A DNA stretch of 64,000 nucleotides, from the NCBI GenBank assembly GCA_964016885.1, contig OZ024743.1, positions 133,486,001 through 133,550,000 on the forward strand, in the 5' to 3' direction. The notes below the pieces were generated by a model. The model worked only from the letters and a program-made list of their open reading frames with translations, did not search any database and was not told the DNA's origin. Shown piece by piece: positions 1 through 11,469 of this stretch. Position numbers and translations under genes: made by a program. Each line of letters begins with the position of its first letter. Position 1 is the stretch's first letter. The DNA is from Eledone cirrhosa. Taxonomy: Eukaryota.

Positions 1-3000
1 GTGCTTGGTGTTAGGTATTTGGTGCTTGGTGATTGGTGTTTGATGTTAGGTTCTTGGTGCTTGGTGTTTGGTGTTTGGTGCTTGGTGCTTGGTGTTTGGT
101 GTTTGGTGCTTGCTGCTTGGTGCTTGGTGTTTTGTGTTTGGAGTTTGGTGCTTGGTGTTTGGTGCTTGGTGCTTGGTGTTTGGTGTTTGGTGTTTGGTGT
201 TTGGTGATTGGTGCTTTGTGTTTGGTGCTTGGTGCTTGGTGCTTGGTTCTTGGTGTTAGGCGTTTGGTGCTTGGTGCTTGGTGTTTGATGTTTGGTCCTT
301 GGTGCTTGGTGTTTGGTATTTGGAGCTTGGTGCTTGGTGTTTGGTGTTTGGTGCTTGCTGCTTGCTGCTTGGTGTTTGGTGCTAGGGACTTGGTGCTTGG
401 TGCTTGGTGTTTGGTGCTTGGTGTTTGGTGTTTGGTGCTTGGTGCGTGGGACTTGGTGTTTGGTGCTTGGTTCTTGGTGCTTGGTGTTTGGTGTTTGGTG
501 CTTGGTGCTTGGTGCTTGGTGTTTGGTGCTTGGTGCTTGGTGATTAGTGTTTGGTGATTGGTGCTTGGGGTTTGGTGTTTGGTGCTTGGTGTTTGGTGCT
601 TGGTGCTTGCTGTTTGGTGTTTGGTGTTTGGTTCTTGGTGCTTGGTGTTTGGTGTTTGGTGCTTGGTGCTTGGTGATTGGTGTTTGGTGCTTGGTGCTTG
701 GTGCTTGGTGTTTGGTGCTGCGTGCTTGGTGTTTGGTGTTTGGTGCTTGGTGCCTGGGGCTTGTTGTTTGGTGTTTGGTGCTTGGTGCTTGGTGTTTGGT
801 GTTTGGTGCTTGCTGCTTGCTGCTTGGTGTTTGGTGCTTGGTGATTGGTGCTTGGTGTTTTATGCTTGGTGCTTGGTGTTTGGTGCTAGGGGCTTGGTGC
901 TTGATGTTTGGTGTTTGGTGCTTGGTGCTTGCTGTTTGGTGCTTGGTGCTTGGTGCTTGGTGTTTGGTGTATGGTGTTTGGTGCTTGGTGTTTGGTGCTT
1001 GGTGCTTGGTGCTGGGTGGTTGGTGTTTGGTGTTTGGTGCTTGGTGATTGGTGCTTATTGTTTGGTGCTTGGTGCTTGTGCTTGGTCTTTGATGCTTGGT
1101 GTTTGGTGTTTGATGCTTGGTGCTTGGTGCTTGGTGATTAGTGTATGGTGCTTGGTGCTTGGTGTTTTGTGCTTGGTGTTTGGTGCTTGGTGCTTGGTGT
1201 TTGGTGTTTGGTGCTTGGTGCTTGGGGCTTGGTGTTTGGTGCTTAGTGTTTGGTGCTTGGTGTTTGGTGCTTGGCGCTTGGTGCTTGGTGTTTGGTGTAT
1301 GGTGTTTGGTGCTTGGTGTTTGGTGGTTGGTGCTTGGTGCTGGGTGGTTGGTGTTTGGTGTTTGGTGCTTGGTGATTGGTGCTTATTGTTTGGTGCTTGG
1401 TGCTTGGTGCTTGGTGCTTGGTCTTTGGTGCTTGGTGTTTGGTGTTTGGTGCTTGGTGCTTGGTGCTTGGTGATTAGTGTTTGGTGCTTGGTGCTTGGTG
1501 CCTGGTGCTTGGTGCTTGGTGCTTGTTGTTTGGTGCTTGGTGCTTGGTGATTAGTGTTTGGTGCTTGGTGCTTGGGGTTTGGTGTTTGGTGCTTGGTGTT
1601 TGGTGTTTGGTGCTTGGTGCTTGGTGTTTGGTGCTTGGTGCTTGGTGTTTGGTGCTTGGTGCTTTGTGTTTGGTGCTTGGTGTTTGGTGCTTGGTGCTTG
1701 GTGCTTGGTGCTTGGTGTTAGGTGTTTGGTGCTTGGTGATTGGTGTTTGATGTTAGGTTCTTGGTGCTTGGTGTTTGGTGTTTGGTGCTTGGTGATTGGT
1801 GTTTGGTGTTTGGTGCTTGCTGCTTGGTGCTTGGTGTTTTGTGTTTGGAGTTTGGTGCTTGGTGTTTGGTGCTTGGTGCTTGGTGTTTGGTGTTTGGTGT
1901 TTGGTGTTTGGTGATTGGTGCTTTGTGTTTGGTGCTTGGTGCTTGGTGCTTGGTTCTTGGTGTTAGGTGTTTGGTGCTTGGTGCTTGGTGTTTGATGTTT
2001 GGTCCTTGGTGCTTGGTGTTTGGTATTTGGAGCTTGGTGCTTGGTGTTTGGTGTTTGGTGCTTGCTGCTTGCTGCTTGGTGTTTGGTGCTAGGGACTTGG
2101 TGCTTGGTGCTTGGTGTTTGGTGCTTGGTGTTTGGTGTTTGGTGCTTGGTGCGTGGGACTTGGTGTTTGGTGCTTGGTGTTTGGTGCTTGGTGTTTGGTG
2201 CTTGGTGCCTGGTGCTTGGTGTTTGGTGTTTGGTGCTTGGTGTTTGGTGCTTGGTGTTTGGTACTTGGTGTTCGGTGCTTGGTGCTTGGCGCTTGGTGCT
2301 TGGTGTTTGGTGTTTGGTGCTTGGTGCTTGGTGTTTGATGTTTGGTCCTTGGTGATTAGTGTTTGGTGCTTGGTGCTTGGTGTTTGGTGCTTGGTGCTTG
2401 GTGCTTGGTGTTTGGCGTTTGCTGTTTGCTGTTTGGTGTTTGGTGTTTGCTGTTTGGTGTTTGCTGTTTGGTGTTTGGTGTTTGGTGCTTGGTGCTTGGT
2501 GTTTGGTGCTTGGTGCTTGGTGCTTGGTGTTTGGTCCTTGGTGCTTGGTGCTTGGTCTTTGGTGCTTGGGTTTTGGTGTTTGGTGCTTGGTGCTTGGTGT
2601 TTGGTGCTTGGTGCTTGGTGCTTGGTGCTTGGTGTTTGGTGCTTGCTGCTTGGTGCTTGGTGTTTGGTGCTTGGTGCTTGGTGATTAGTGTTTGGTGCTT
2701 GGTGCTTCGGGTTTGGTGTTTGGGGCTTGGTGTTTGGTGCTTGGTGCTTGCTGTTTGGTGATTGGTGTTTGGTTCTTGGTGCTTGGTGTTTGGTGTTTGG
2801 TGTTTGGTGCTTGGTGCTTGGTGCTTGGTGTTTGGTGCTTGGTGCTTGGTGCTTGGTGCTGCGTGCTTGGTGTTTGGTGTTTGGTGCTTGGTGCCTGGTG
2901 CCTGTTGTTTGGTGTTTGGTGCTTAGTGCTTGGTGTTTGGTGTTTGGTGCTTGGTGCTTGGTGGCTGGTGTTTGGTGCTTGGTGTTTGGAGTTTGGTGCT

Positions 3001-3869
3001 TGGTGCTTGGTGCCTGGTGTTTCGTGCTTGGTGCTTGGTGCTTGGTGTTTGGTGTATGGTGCTTGGTGTTTGGTGTTTGGTACTTGGTGCTTGGTGCTTG
3101 GTGCTTGGTGTTTGGTGTTTGCTGTTTGCTGTTTGGTGTTTGGTGTTTGCTGTTTGGTGTTTGCTGTTTGGTGTTTGGTGTTTGGTGCTTGCTGTTTGGT
3201 GCTTGGTGCTTGGTGTTTGGTGTTTGGTGCTTGGTGTTTGGTGCTTGGTGCTTGGTGCTGGGTGTTTGGTGCTTGGTGCTTGGTGTTTGGTGCTTGGTGC
3301 TTGGTGCTTGGTGTTTCGTCCTTGGTGCTTGGTGCTTGGTCTTTGGTGCTTGGGTTTTGGTGTTTGGTGCTTGGTGCTTGGTGTTTGGTGCTTGGTGCTT
3401 GGTGCTTGGTGTTTGGTGCTTGCTGCTTGGCGCTTGGTTTTTGGTGCTTGGTGCTTGGTGATTAGTGTTTGGTGATTGGTGCTTGGGGTTTGGTGTTTGG
3501 GGGCTTGGTGTTTGGTGCGTGGTGCTTGCTGTTTGGTGTTTGGTGCTGGGTGTTTGGTGCTTGGTGCTTGGTGTTTGGTGCTTGGTGCTTGGTGCTTGGT
3601 GCTTGGTGTTTGGTGCCTGGTGCTTGGTGCTTGGTGCTTGCTGTTTGGTGTTTGGTGTTTGGTTCTTGGTGCTTGGTGTTTGGTGTTTGGTGCTTGGTGC
3701 TTGGTGCTTGGTGTTTGGTGCTTGGTGCTTGGTGATTAGTGTTTGGTGATTGGTGCTTGGGGTTTGGTGTTTGGTGCTTGGTGTTTGGTGCTTGGTGCTT
3801 GCTGTTTGGTGTTTGGTGTTTGGTTCTTGGTGCTTGGTGTTTGGTGTTTGGTGCTTGGTGCTTGGTGAT

Positions 3870-6800
3870 TGGTGTTTGGTGCTTGGTGCTTGGTGCTTGG
3901 TGTTTGGTGCTGCGTGCTTGGTGTTTGGTGTTTGGTGCTTGGTGCCTGGGGCTTGTTGTTTGGTGTTTGGTGCTTGGTGCTTGGTGCTTGGTGTTAGGTG
4001 TTTGGTGCTTGGTGCTTGGTGTTTGATGTTTGGTCCTTGGTGCTTGTTGTTTGGTGTTTGGTGCTTGGTGCTTGGTGTTTGGTGTTTGGTGCTTGCTGCT
4101 TGCTGCTTGGTGTTTGGTGCTTGGTGATTGGTGCTTGGTGTTTTATGCTTGGTGCTTGGTGTTTGGTGCTAGGGGCTTGGTGCTTGAGGCTTGGTGTTTG
4201 GTGCTTGGTGCTTGCTGTTTGGTGCTTGGTGCTTGGTGCTTGGTGTTTGGTGTATGGTGTTTGGTGCTTGGTGTTTGGTGCTTGGTGCTTGGTGCTGGGT
4301 GGTTGGTGTTTGGTGTTTGGTGCTTGGTGATTGGTGCTTATTGTTTGGTGCTTGGTGCTTGGTGCTTGGTGCTTGGTCTTTGATGCTTGGTGTTTGGTGT
4401 TTGGTGCTTGGTGCTTGGTGCTTGGTGATTAGTGTTTGGTGCTTGGTGCTTAGTGTTTTGTGCTTGGTGTTTGGTGCTTGGTGCTTGGTGTTTTGTGTTT
4501 GGTGCTTGGTGCTTGGGGCTTGGTGTTTGGTGCTTAGTGTTTGGTGCTTGGTGTTTGGTGCTTGGCGCTTGGTGCTTGGTGTTTGGTGTATGGTGTTTGG
4601 TGCTTGGTGTTTGGTGCTTGGTGCTTGGTGCTGGGTGGTTGGTGTTTGGTGTTTGGTGCTTGGTGATTGGTGCTTATTGTTTGGTGCTTGGTGCTTGGTG
4701 CTTGGTGCTTGGTGCTTGGTCTTTGGTGCTTGGTGTTTGGTGTTTGGTGCTTGGTGCTTGGTGCTTGGTGATTAGTGTTTGGTGCTTGGTGCTTGGTGCC
4801 TGGTGCTTGGTGCTTGGTGCTTGGTCTTTGGTGCTTGTTGTTTGGTGCTTGGTGCTTGGTGATTAGTGTTTGGTGCTTGGTGCTTGGGGTTTGGTGTTTG
4901 GTGCTTGGTGTTTGGTGTTTGGTGCTTGGTGCTTGGTGTTTGGTGCTTGGTGCTTGGTGTTTGGTGCTTGGTGCTTTGTGTTTGGTGCTTGGTGTTTGGT
5001 GCTTGGTGCTTGGTGCTTGGTGCTTGGTGTTAGGTGTTTGGTGCTTGGTGATTGGTGTTTGATGTTAGGTTCTTGGTGCTTGGTGTTTGGTGTTTGGTGC
5101 TTGGTGCTTGGTGTTTGGTGTTTGGTGCTTGGTGTTTGGTGATTGGTGTTTTGTGTTTGGAGTTTGGTGCTTGGTGTTTGGTGCTTGGTGCTTGGTGTTT
5201 GGTGTTTGGTGTTTGGTGTTTGGTGATTGGTGCTTTGTGTTTGGTGCTTGGTGCTTGGTGCTTGGTTCTTGGTGTTAGGCGTTTGGTGCTTGGAGCTTGG
5301 TGTTTGATGTTTGGTCCTTGGTGCTTGGTGTTTGGTATTTGGAGCTTGGTGCTTGGTGTTTGGTGTTTGGTGCTTGCTGCTTGCTGCTTGGTGTTTGGTG
5401 CTAGGGACTTGGTGCTTGGTGCTTGGTGTTTGGTGCTTGGTGTTTGGTGTTTGGTGCTTGGTGCGTGGGACTTGGTGTTTGGTGCTTGGTGTTTGGTGCT
5501 TGGTGTTTGGTGCTTGGTGCCTGGTGCTTGGTGTTTGGTGTTTGGTGCTTGGTGTTTGGTGCTTGGTGTTTGGTACTTGGTGTTCGGTGCTTGGTGCTTG
5601 GTGCTTGGTGCTTGGTGTTTGGTGTTTGGTGCTTGGTGCTTGGTGTTTGATGTTTGGTCCTTGGTGCTTGGTGTTTGGTGTTGTGTGCTTGGTGCTTGGT
5701 GCTTGGTGTTTGGTGCTTGGTGCTTGGTGCTTGGTGTTTGGCGTTTGCTGTTTGCTGTTTGGTGTTTGGTGTTTGCTGTTTGGTGTTTGCTGTTTGGTGT
5801 TTGGTGTTTGGTGCTTGGTGCTTGGTGTTTGGTGCTTGGTGCTTGGTGCTTGGTGTTTGGTCCTTGGTGCTTGGTGCTTGGTCTTTGGTGCTTGGGTTTT
5901 GGTGTTTGGTGCTTGGTGCTTGGTGTTTGGTGCTTGGTGCTTGGTGCTTGGTGCTTGGTGTTTGGTGCTTGCTGTTTGGTGCTTGGTGTTTGGTGCTTGG
6001 TGCTTGGTGATTAGTGTTTGGTGCTTGGTGCTTCGGGTTTGGTGTTTGGGGCTTGGTGTTTGGTGCTTGGTGCTTGCTGTTTGGTGATTGGTGTTTGGTT
6101 CTTGGTGCTTGGTGTTTGGTGTTTGGTGTTTGGTGCTTGGTGCTTGGTGCTTGGTGTTTGGTGCTTGGTGCTTGGTGCTTGGTGTTTGGTGCTGCGTGCT
6201 TGGTGTTTGGTGTTTGGTGCTTGGTGCCTGGTGCCTGTTGTTTGGTGTTTGGTGCTTAGTGCTTGGTGTTTGGTGTTTGGTGCTTGGTGCTTGGTGGCTG
6301 GTGTTTGGTGCTTGGTGTTTGGAGTTTGGTGCTTGGTGCTTGGTGCCTGGTGTTTCGTGCTTGGTGCTTGGTGCTTGGTGTTTGGTGTATGGTGCTTGGT
6401 GTTTGGTGTTTGGTACTTGGTGCTTGGTGCTTCTTGCTTGGTGTTTGGTGCTTGGTGTTTGATGCTGCGTGCTTGGTGTTTGGTGTTTGGTGCTTGGTGC
6501 TTGGTGTTTGGTGTTTGGAGCTTGGTGCCTGGTGCTTGTTGTTTGGTGTTTGGCGCTTGGTGCTTGGTGTTTGGTGTTTGGTGCTTGGTGCTTGGTGCTT
6601 GGTATCTGGTGTTTGGTGCTTGATGTTTGGTGTTTGGTGCTTGGTGTTTGGTGTTTGGTGCTTGGTGCTTGGTGTTTGGTGCTTGGTGTTTGGTGCTTGG
6701 TGTTTGATGCTTGGTGTTTGCTGCTTGGTGCTTGGTGCTTGGTGTTTTGTGTTTGGTGCTTGGTGCTTGGTGCCTGGTGCTTGGTGCTTGGTGCTTGTTG

Positions 6801-9800
6801 TTTGGTGCTTGGTGCTTGGTGATTAGTGTTTGGTGCTTGGTGCTTGCGGTTTGGTGTTTGGTGCTTGGAGTTTGGTGTTTGGTGCTTGGTGCTTGGTGTT
6901 TGGTGCTTGGTGCTTGGTGCTTGGTGTTTGGTGCTTGGTGCTTGGTGTTTGGTGCTTGGTGCTTGGTGTTTGGTGTTTGGCGTTTGCTGTTTGCTGTTTG
7001 GTGTTTGGTGTTTGCTGTTTGGTGTTTGCTGTTTGGTGTTTGGTGTTTGGTGCTTGCTGTTTGGTGCTTGGTGCTTGGTGTTTGGTGTTTGGTGTTTGGT
7101 GCTTGGTGCTTGGTGTTTGGTGCTTGGTGCTTGGTGCTGGGTGTTTGGTGCTTGGTGCTTGGTGTTTGGTTGTTGGTGCTTGGTGCTTGGTGTTTGGTCC
7201 TTGGTGCTTGGTGCTTGGTCTTTGGTGCTTGGGTTTTGGTCTTTGGTGCTTGGTGCTTGGTGTTTGGTGCTTGGTTCTTGGTGTTTGGTGCTTGGTGCTT
7301 GGTGCTTGGTGTTTGGTGCTGCGTGCTTGGTGTTTGGTGTATGGTGCTTGGTGCCTGGGGCTTGTTGTTTGGTGTTTGGTGCTTGGTGCTTGGTGCTTGG
7401 TGTTAGGTGTTTGGTGCTTGGTGCTTGGTGTTTGATGTTTGGTCCTTGGTGCTTGTTGTTTGGTGTTTGGTGCTTGGTGCTTGGTGTTTGGTGTTTGGTG
7501 CTTGCTGCTTGCTGCTTGGTGTTTGGTGCTTGGTGATTGGTGCTTGGTGTTTTATGCTTGGTGCTTGGTGTTTGGTGCTAGGGGCTTGGTGCTTGATGCT
7601 TGGTGTTTGGTGCTTGGTGCTTGCTGTTTGGTGCTTGGTGCTTGGTGCTTGGTGTTTGGTGTATGGTGTTTGGTGCTTGGTGTTTGGTGCTTGGTGCTTG
7701 GTGCTGGGTGGTTGGTGTTTGGTGTTTGGTGCTTGGTGATTGGTGCTTATTGTTTGGTGCTTGGTGCTTGGTGCTTGGTGCTTGGTCTTTGATGCTTGGT
7801 GTTTGGTGTTTGGTGCTTGGTGCTTGGTGCTTGGTGATTAGTGTTTGGTGCTTGGTGCTTAGTGTTTTGTGCTTGGTGTTTGGTGCTTGGTGCTTGGTGT
7901 TTGGTGTTTGGTGCTTGGTGCTTGGGGCTTGGTGTTTGGTGCTTAGTGTTTGGTGCTTGGTGTTTGGTGCTTGGCGCTTGGTGCTTGGTGTTTGGTGTAT
8001 GGTGTTTGGTGCTTGGTGTTTGGTGCTTGGTGCTTGGTGCTGGGTGGTTGGTGTTTGGTGTTTGGTGCTTGGTGATTGGTGCTTATTGGTTGGTGCTTGG
8101 TGCTTGGTGCTTGGTGCTTGGTGCTTGGTCTTTGGTGCTTGGTGTTTGGTGTTTGGTGCTTGGTGCTTGGTGCTTGGTGATTAGTGTTTGGTGCTTGGTG
8201 CTTGGTGCCTGGTGCTTGGTGCTTGGTGCTTGTTGTTTGGTGCTTGGTGCTTGGTGATTAGTGTTTGGTGCTTGGTGCTTGGGGTTTGGTGTTTGGTGCT
8301 TGGTGTTTGGTGTTTGGTGCTTGGTGCTTGGTGTTTGGTGCTTGGTGCTTGGTGTTTGGTGCTTGGTGCTTTGTGTTTGGTGCTTGGTGTTTGGTGCTTG
8401 GTGCTTGGTGCTTGGTGCTTGGTGTTAGGTGTTTGGTGCTTGGTGATTGGTGTTTGATGTTAGGTTCTTGGTGCTTGGTGTTTGGTGTTTGGTGCTTGGT
8501 GCTTGGTGTTTGGTGTTTGGTGCTTGGTGTTTGGTGATTGGTGTTTTGTGTTTGGAGTTTGGTGCTTGGTGTTTGGTGCTTGGTGCTTGGTGTTTGGTGT
8601 TTGGTGTTTGGTGTTTGGTGATTGGTGCTTTGTGTTTGGTGCTTGGTGCTTGGTGCTTGGTTCTTGGTGTTAGGCGTTTGGTGCTTGGAGCTTGGTGTTT
8701 GATGTTTGGTCCTTGGTGCTTGGTGTTTGGTATTTGGAGCTTGGTGCTTGGTGTTTGGTGTTTGGTGCTTGCTGCTTGCTGCTTGGTGTTTGGTGCTAGG
8801 GACTTGGTGCTTGGTGCTTGGTGTTTGGTGCTTGGTGTTTGGTGTTTGGTGCTTGGTGCGTGGGACTTGGTGTTTGGTGCTTGGTGTTTGGTGCTTGGTG
8901 TTTGGTGCTTGGTGCCTGGTGCTTGGTGTTTGGTGTTTGGTGCTTGGTGTTTGGTGCTTGGTGTTTGGTACTTGGTGTTCGGTGCTTGGTGCTTGGTGCT
9001 TGGTGCTTGGTGTTTGGTGTTTGGTGCTTGGTGCTTGGTGTTTGATGTTTGGTCCTTGGTGCTTGGTGTTTGGTGTTGTGTGCTTGGTGCTTGGTGCTTG
9101 GTGTTTGGTGCTTGGTGCTTGGTGCTTGGTGTTTGGCGTTTGCTGTTTGCTGTTTGGTGTTTGGTGTTTGCTGTTTGGTGTTTGCTGTTTGGTGTTTGGT
9201 GTTTGGTGCTTGGTGCTTGGTGTTTGGTGCTTGGTGCTTGGTGCTTGGTGTTTGGTCCTTGGTGCTTGGTGCTTGGTCTTTGGTGCTTGGGTTTTGGTGT
9301 TTGGTGCTTGGTGCTTGGTGTTTGGTGCTTGGTGCTTGGTGCTTGGTGCTTGGTGTTTGGTGCTTGCTGTTTGGTGCTTGGTGTTTGGTGCTTGGTGCTT
9401 GGTGATTAGTGTTTGGTGCTTGGTGCTTCGGGTTTGGTGTTTGGGGCTTGGTGTTTGGTGCTTGGTGCTTGCTGTTTGGTGATTGGTGTTTGGTTCTTGG
9501 TGCTTGGTGTTTGGTGTTTGGTGTTTGGTGCTTGGTGCTTGGTGCTTGGTGTTTGGTGCTTGGTGCTTGGTGCTTGGTGTTTGGTGCTGCGTGCTTGGTG
9601 TTTGGTGTTTGGTGCTTGGTGCCTGGTGCCTGTTGTTTGGTGTTTGGTGCTTAGTGCTTGGTGTTTGGTGTTTGGTGCTTGGTGCTTGGTGGCTGGTGTT
9701 TGGTGCTTGGTGTTTGGAGTTTGGTGCTTGGTGCTTGGTGCCTGGTGTTTCGTGCTTGGTGCTTGGTGCTTGGTGTTTGGTGTATGGTGCTTGGTGTTTG

Positions 9801-10670
9801 GTGTTTGGTACTTGGTGCTTGGCGCTTCTTGCTTGGTGTTTGGTGCTTGGTGTTTGATGCTGCGTGCTTGGTGTTTGGTGTTTGGTGCTTGGTGCTTGGT
9901 GTTTGGTGTTTGGAGCTTGGTGCCTGGTGCTTGTTGTTTGGTGTTTGGCGCTTGGTGCTTGGTGTTTGGTGTTTGGTGCTTGGTGCTTGGTGCTTGGTAT
10001 CTGGTGTTTGGTGCTTGATGTTTGGTGTTTGGTGCTTGGTGTTTGGTGTTTGGTGCTTGGTGCTTGGTGTTTGGTGCTTGGTGTTTGGTGCTTGGTGTTT
10101 GATGCTTGGTGTTTGCTGCTTGGTGCTTGGTGCTTGGTGTTTTGTGTTTGGTGCTTGGTGCTTGGTGCCTGGTGCTTGGTGCTTGGTGCTTGTTGTTTGG
10201 TGCTTGGTGCTTGGTGATTAGTGTTTGGTGCTTGGTGCTTGCGGTTTGGTGTTTGGTGCTTGGAGTTTGGTGTTTGGTGCTTGGTGCTTGGTGTTTGGTG
10301 CTTGGTGCTTGGTGCTTGGTGTTTGGTGCTTGGTGCTTGGTGTTTGGTGCTTGGTGCTTGGTGTTTGGTGTTTGGCGTTTGCTGTTTGCTGTTTGGTGTT
10401 TGGTGTTTGCTGTTTGGTGTTTGCTGTTTGGTGTTTGGTGTTTGGTGCTTGCTGTTTGGTGCTTGGTGCTTGGTGTTTGGTGTTTGGTGTTTGGTGCTTG
10501 GTGCTTGGTGTTTGGTGCTTGGTGCTTGGTGCTGGGTGTTTGGTGCTTGGTGCTTGGTGTTTGGTTGTTGGTGCTTGGTGCTTGGTGTTTGGTCCTTGGT
10601 GCTTGGTGCTTGGTCTTTGGTGCTTGGGTTTTGGTGTTTGGTGCTTGGTGCTTGGTGTTTGGTGCTTGGT
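3870..10670 (+). repeat. Tandem higher-order duplication, period 3,395-3,409 bp (485-487 monomers): about 3870-7280 and 7280-10670
   Basis: Identical or near-identical ORF translations recur at fixed offsets: 3998/7407 and 4432/7841 (+3409); 4870/8265, 5052/8447, 6014/9409 and 6826/10221 (+3395). Confidence 0.9.
4230..4790 (+). repeat. About 336-bp (48-monomer) tandem duplication, also at about 950-1490 and 7640-8200
   Basis: GCTGGGTGGTT...GCTTATTG cassette at 4294/4630 and 7703/8039 (+336), and at 1011/1339 (+328, which includes one 6-bp monomer). Confidence 0.8.
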
Positions 10671-11469
10671 TCTTGGTGCTTGGTGCTTGGTGTTTGGTGA
10701 TTGCTGCTTGGTGCTTGGTGTTTGGTGCTTGGTGCTTGGTGATTAGTGTTTGGTGATTGGTGCTTGGGGTTTGCTGTTTGGTGCTTGGTGTTTGGTGCTT
10801 GGTGCTTGCTGTTTGGTGTTTGGTGTTTGGTTCTTGGTGCTTGGTGTTTGGTGTTTGGTGTTTGGTGCTTGGTGCTTAGTGCTTGGTGTTTGGTGCTTGG
10901 TGCTTGGTGCTTGGTGTTTGGTGCTGCGTGCTTGGTGTTTGGTGTTTGGTGCTTGGTGCCTGTTGCTTGTTGTTTGGTGTTTGGTGCTTAGTGCATGGTG
11001 TTTGGTGTTTGGTGCTTGGTGCTTGGTGGCTGGTGCTTGGTGCTTGGTGTTTGGAGTTTGGTGCTTGGTGCTTGGTGCCTGGTGTTTCGTGCTTGGTGCT
11101 TGGTGCTTGGTGTTTGGTGTTTGGTGCTTGGTGTTTGGTGTTTGGAACTTGGTGCTTGGTGCTTGGTGCTTGGTGTTTGGTGCTTGGTGTTTGATGCTGC
11201 GTGCTTGGTGTTTGGTGTTTGGTTCTTGGTGCTTGGTGTTTGGTGTTTGGAGCTTGGTGCCTGCTGCTTGTTGTTTGGTGTTTGGTGCTTGATGTTTGGT
11301 GTTTGTTGCTTGGTGCTTGGTACTTGGTGTTTGGTGTTTGGTGCTTGGTGCTTGGTGTTTGGAGCTTGGTGTTTGGTGTTTGGTGTTTGATGCTTGGTGT
11401 TTGCTGCTTGGTGCTTGGTGCTTGGTGTTTTGTGTTTGGTGCTTGGTGCTTGGTGCCTGGTGCTTGGTG

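Noticed and set aside
2960-2975. E. coli Chi-like site in the GGTGGCTGGTG cassette
   Set aside because: The sequence reads GCTGGTGT or GCTGGTGC, not GCTGGTGG. Near-matches are expected by chance in a GGTG-rich repeat and nothing indicates a bacterial origin.
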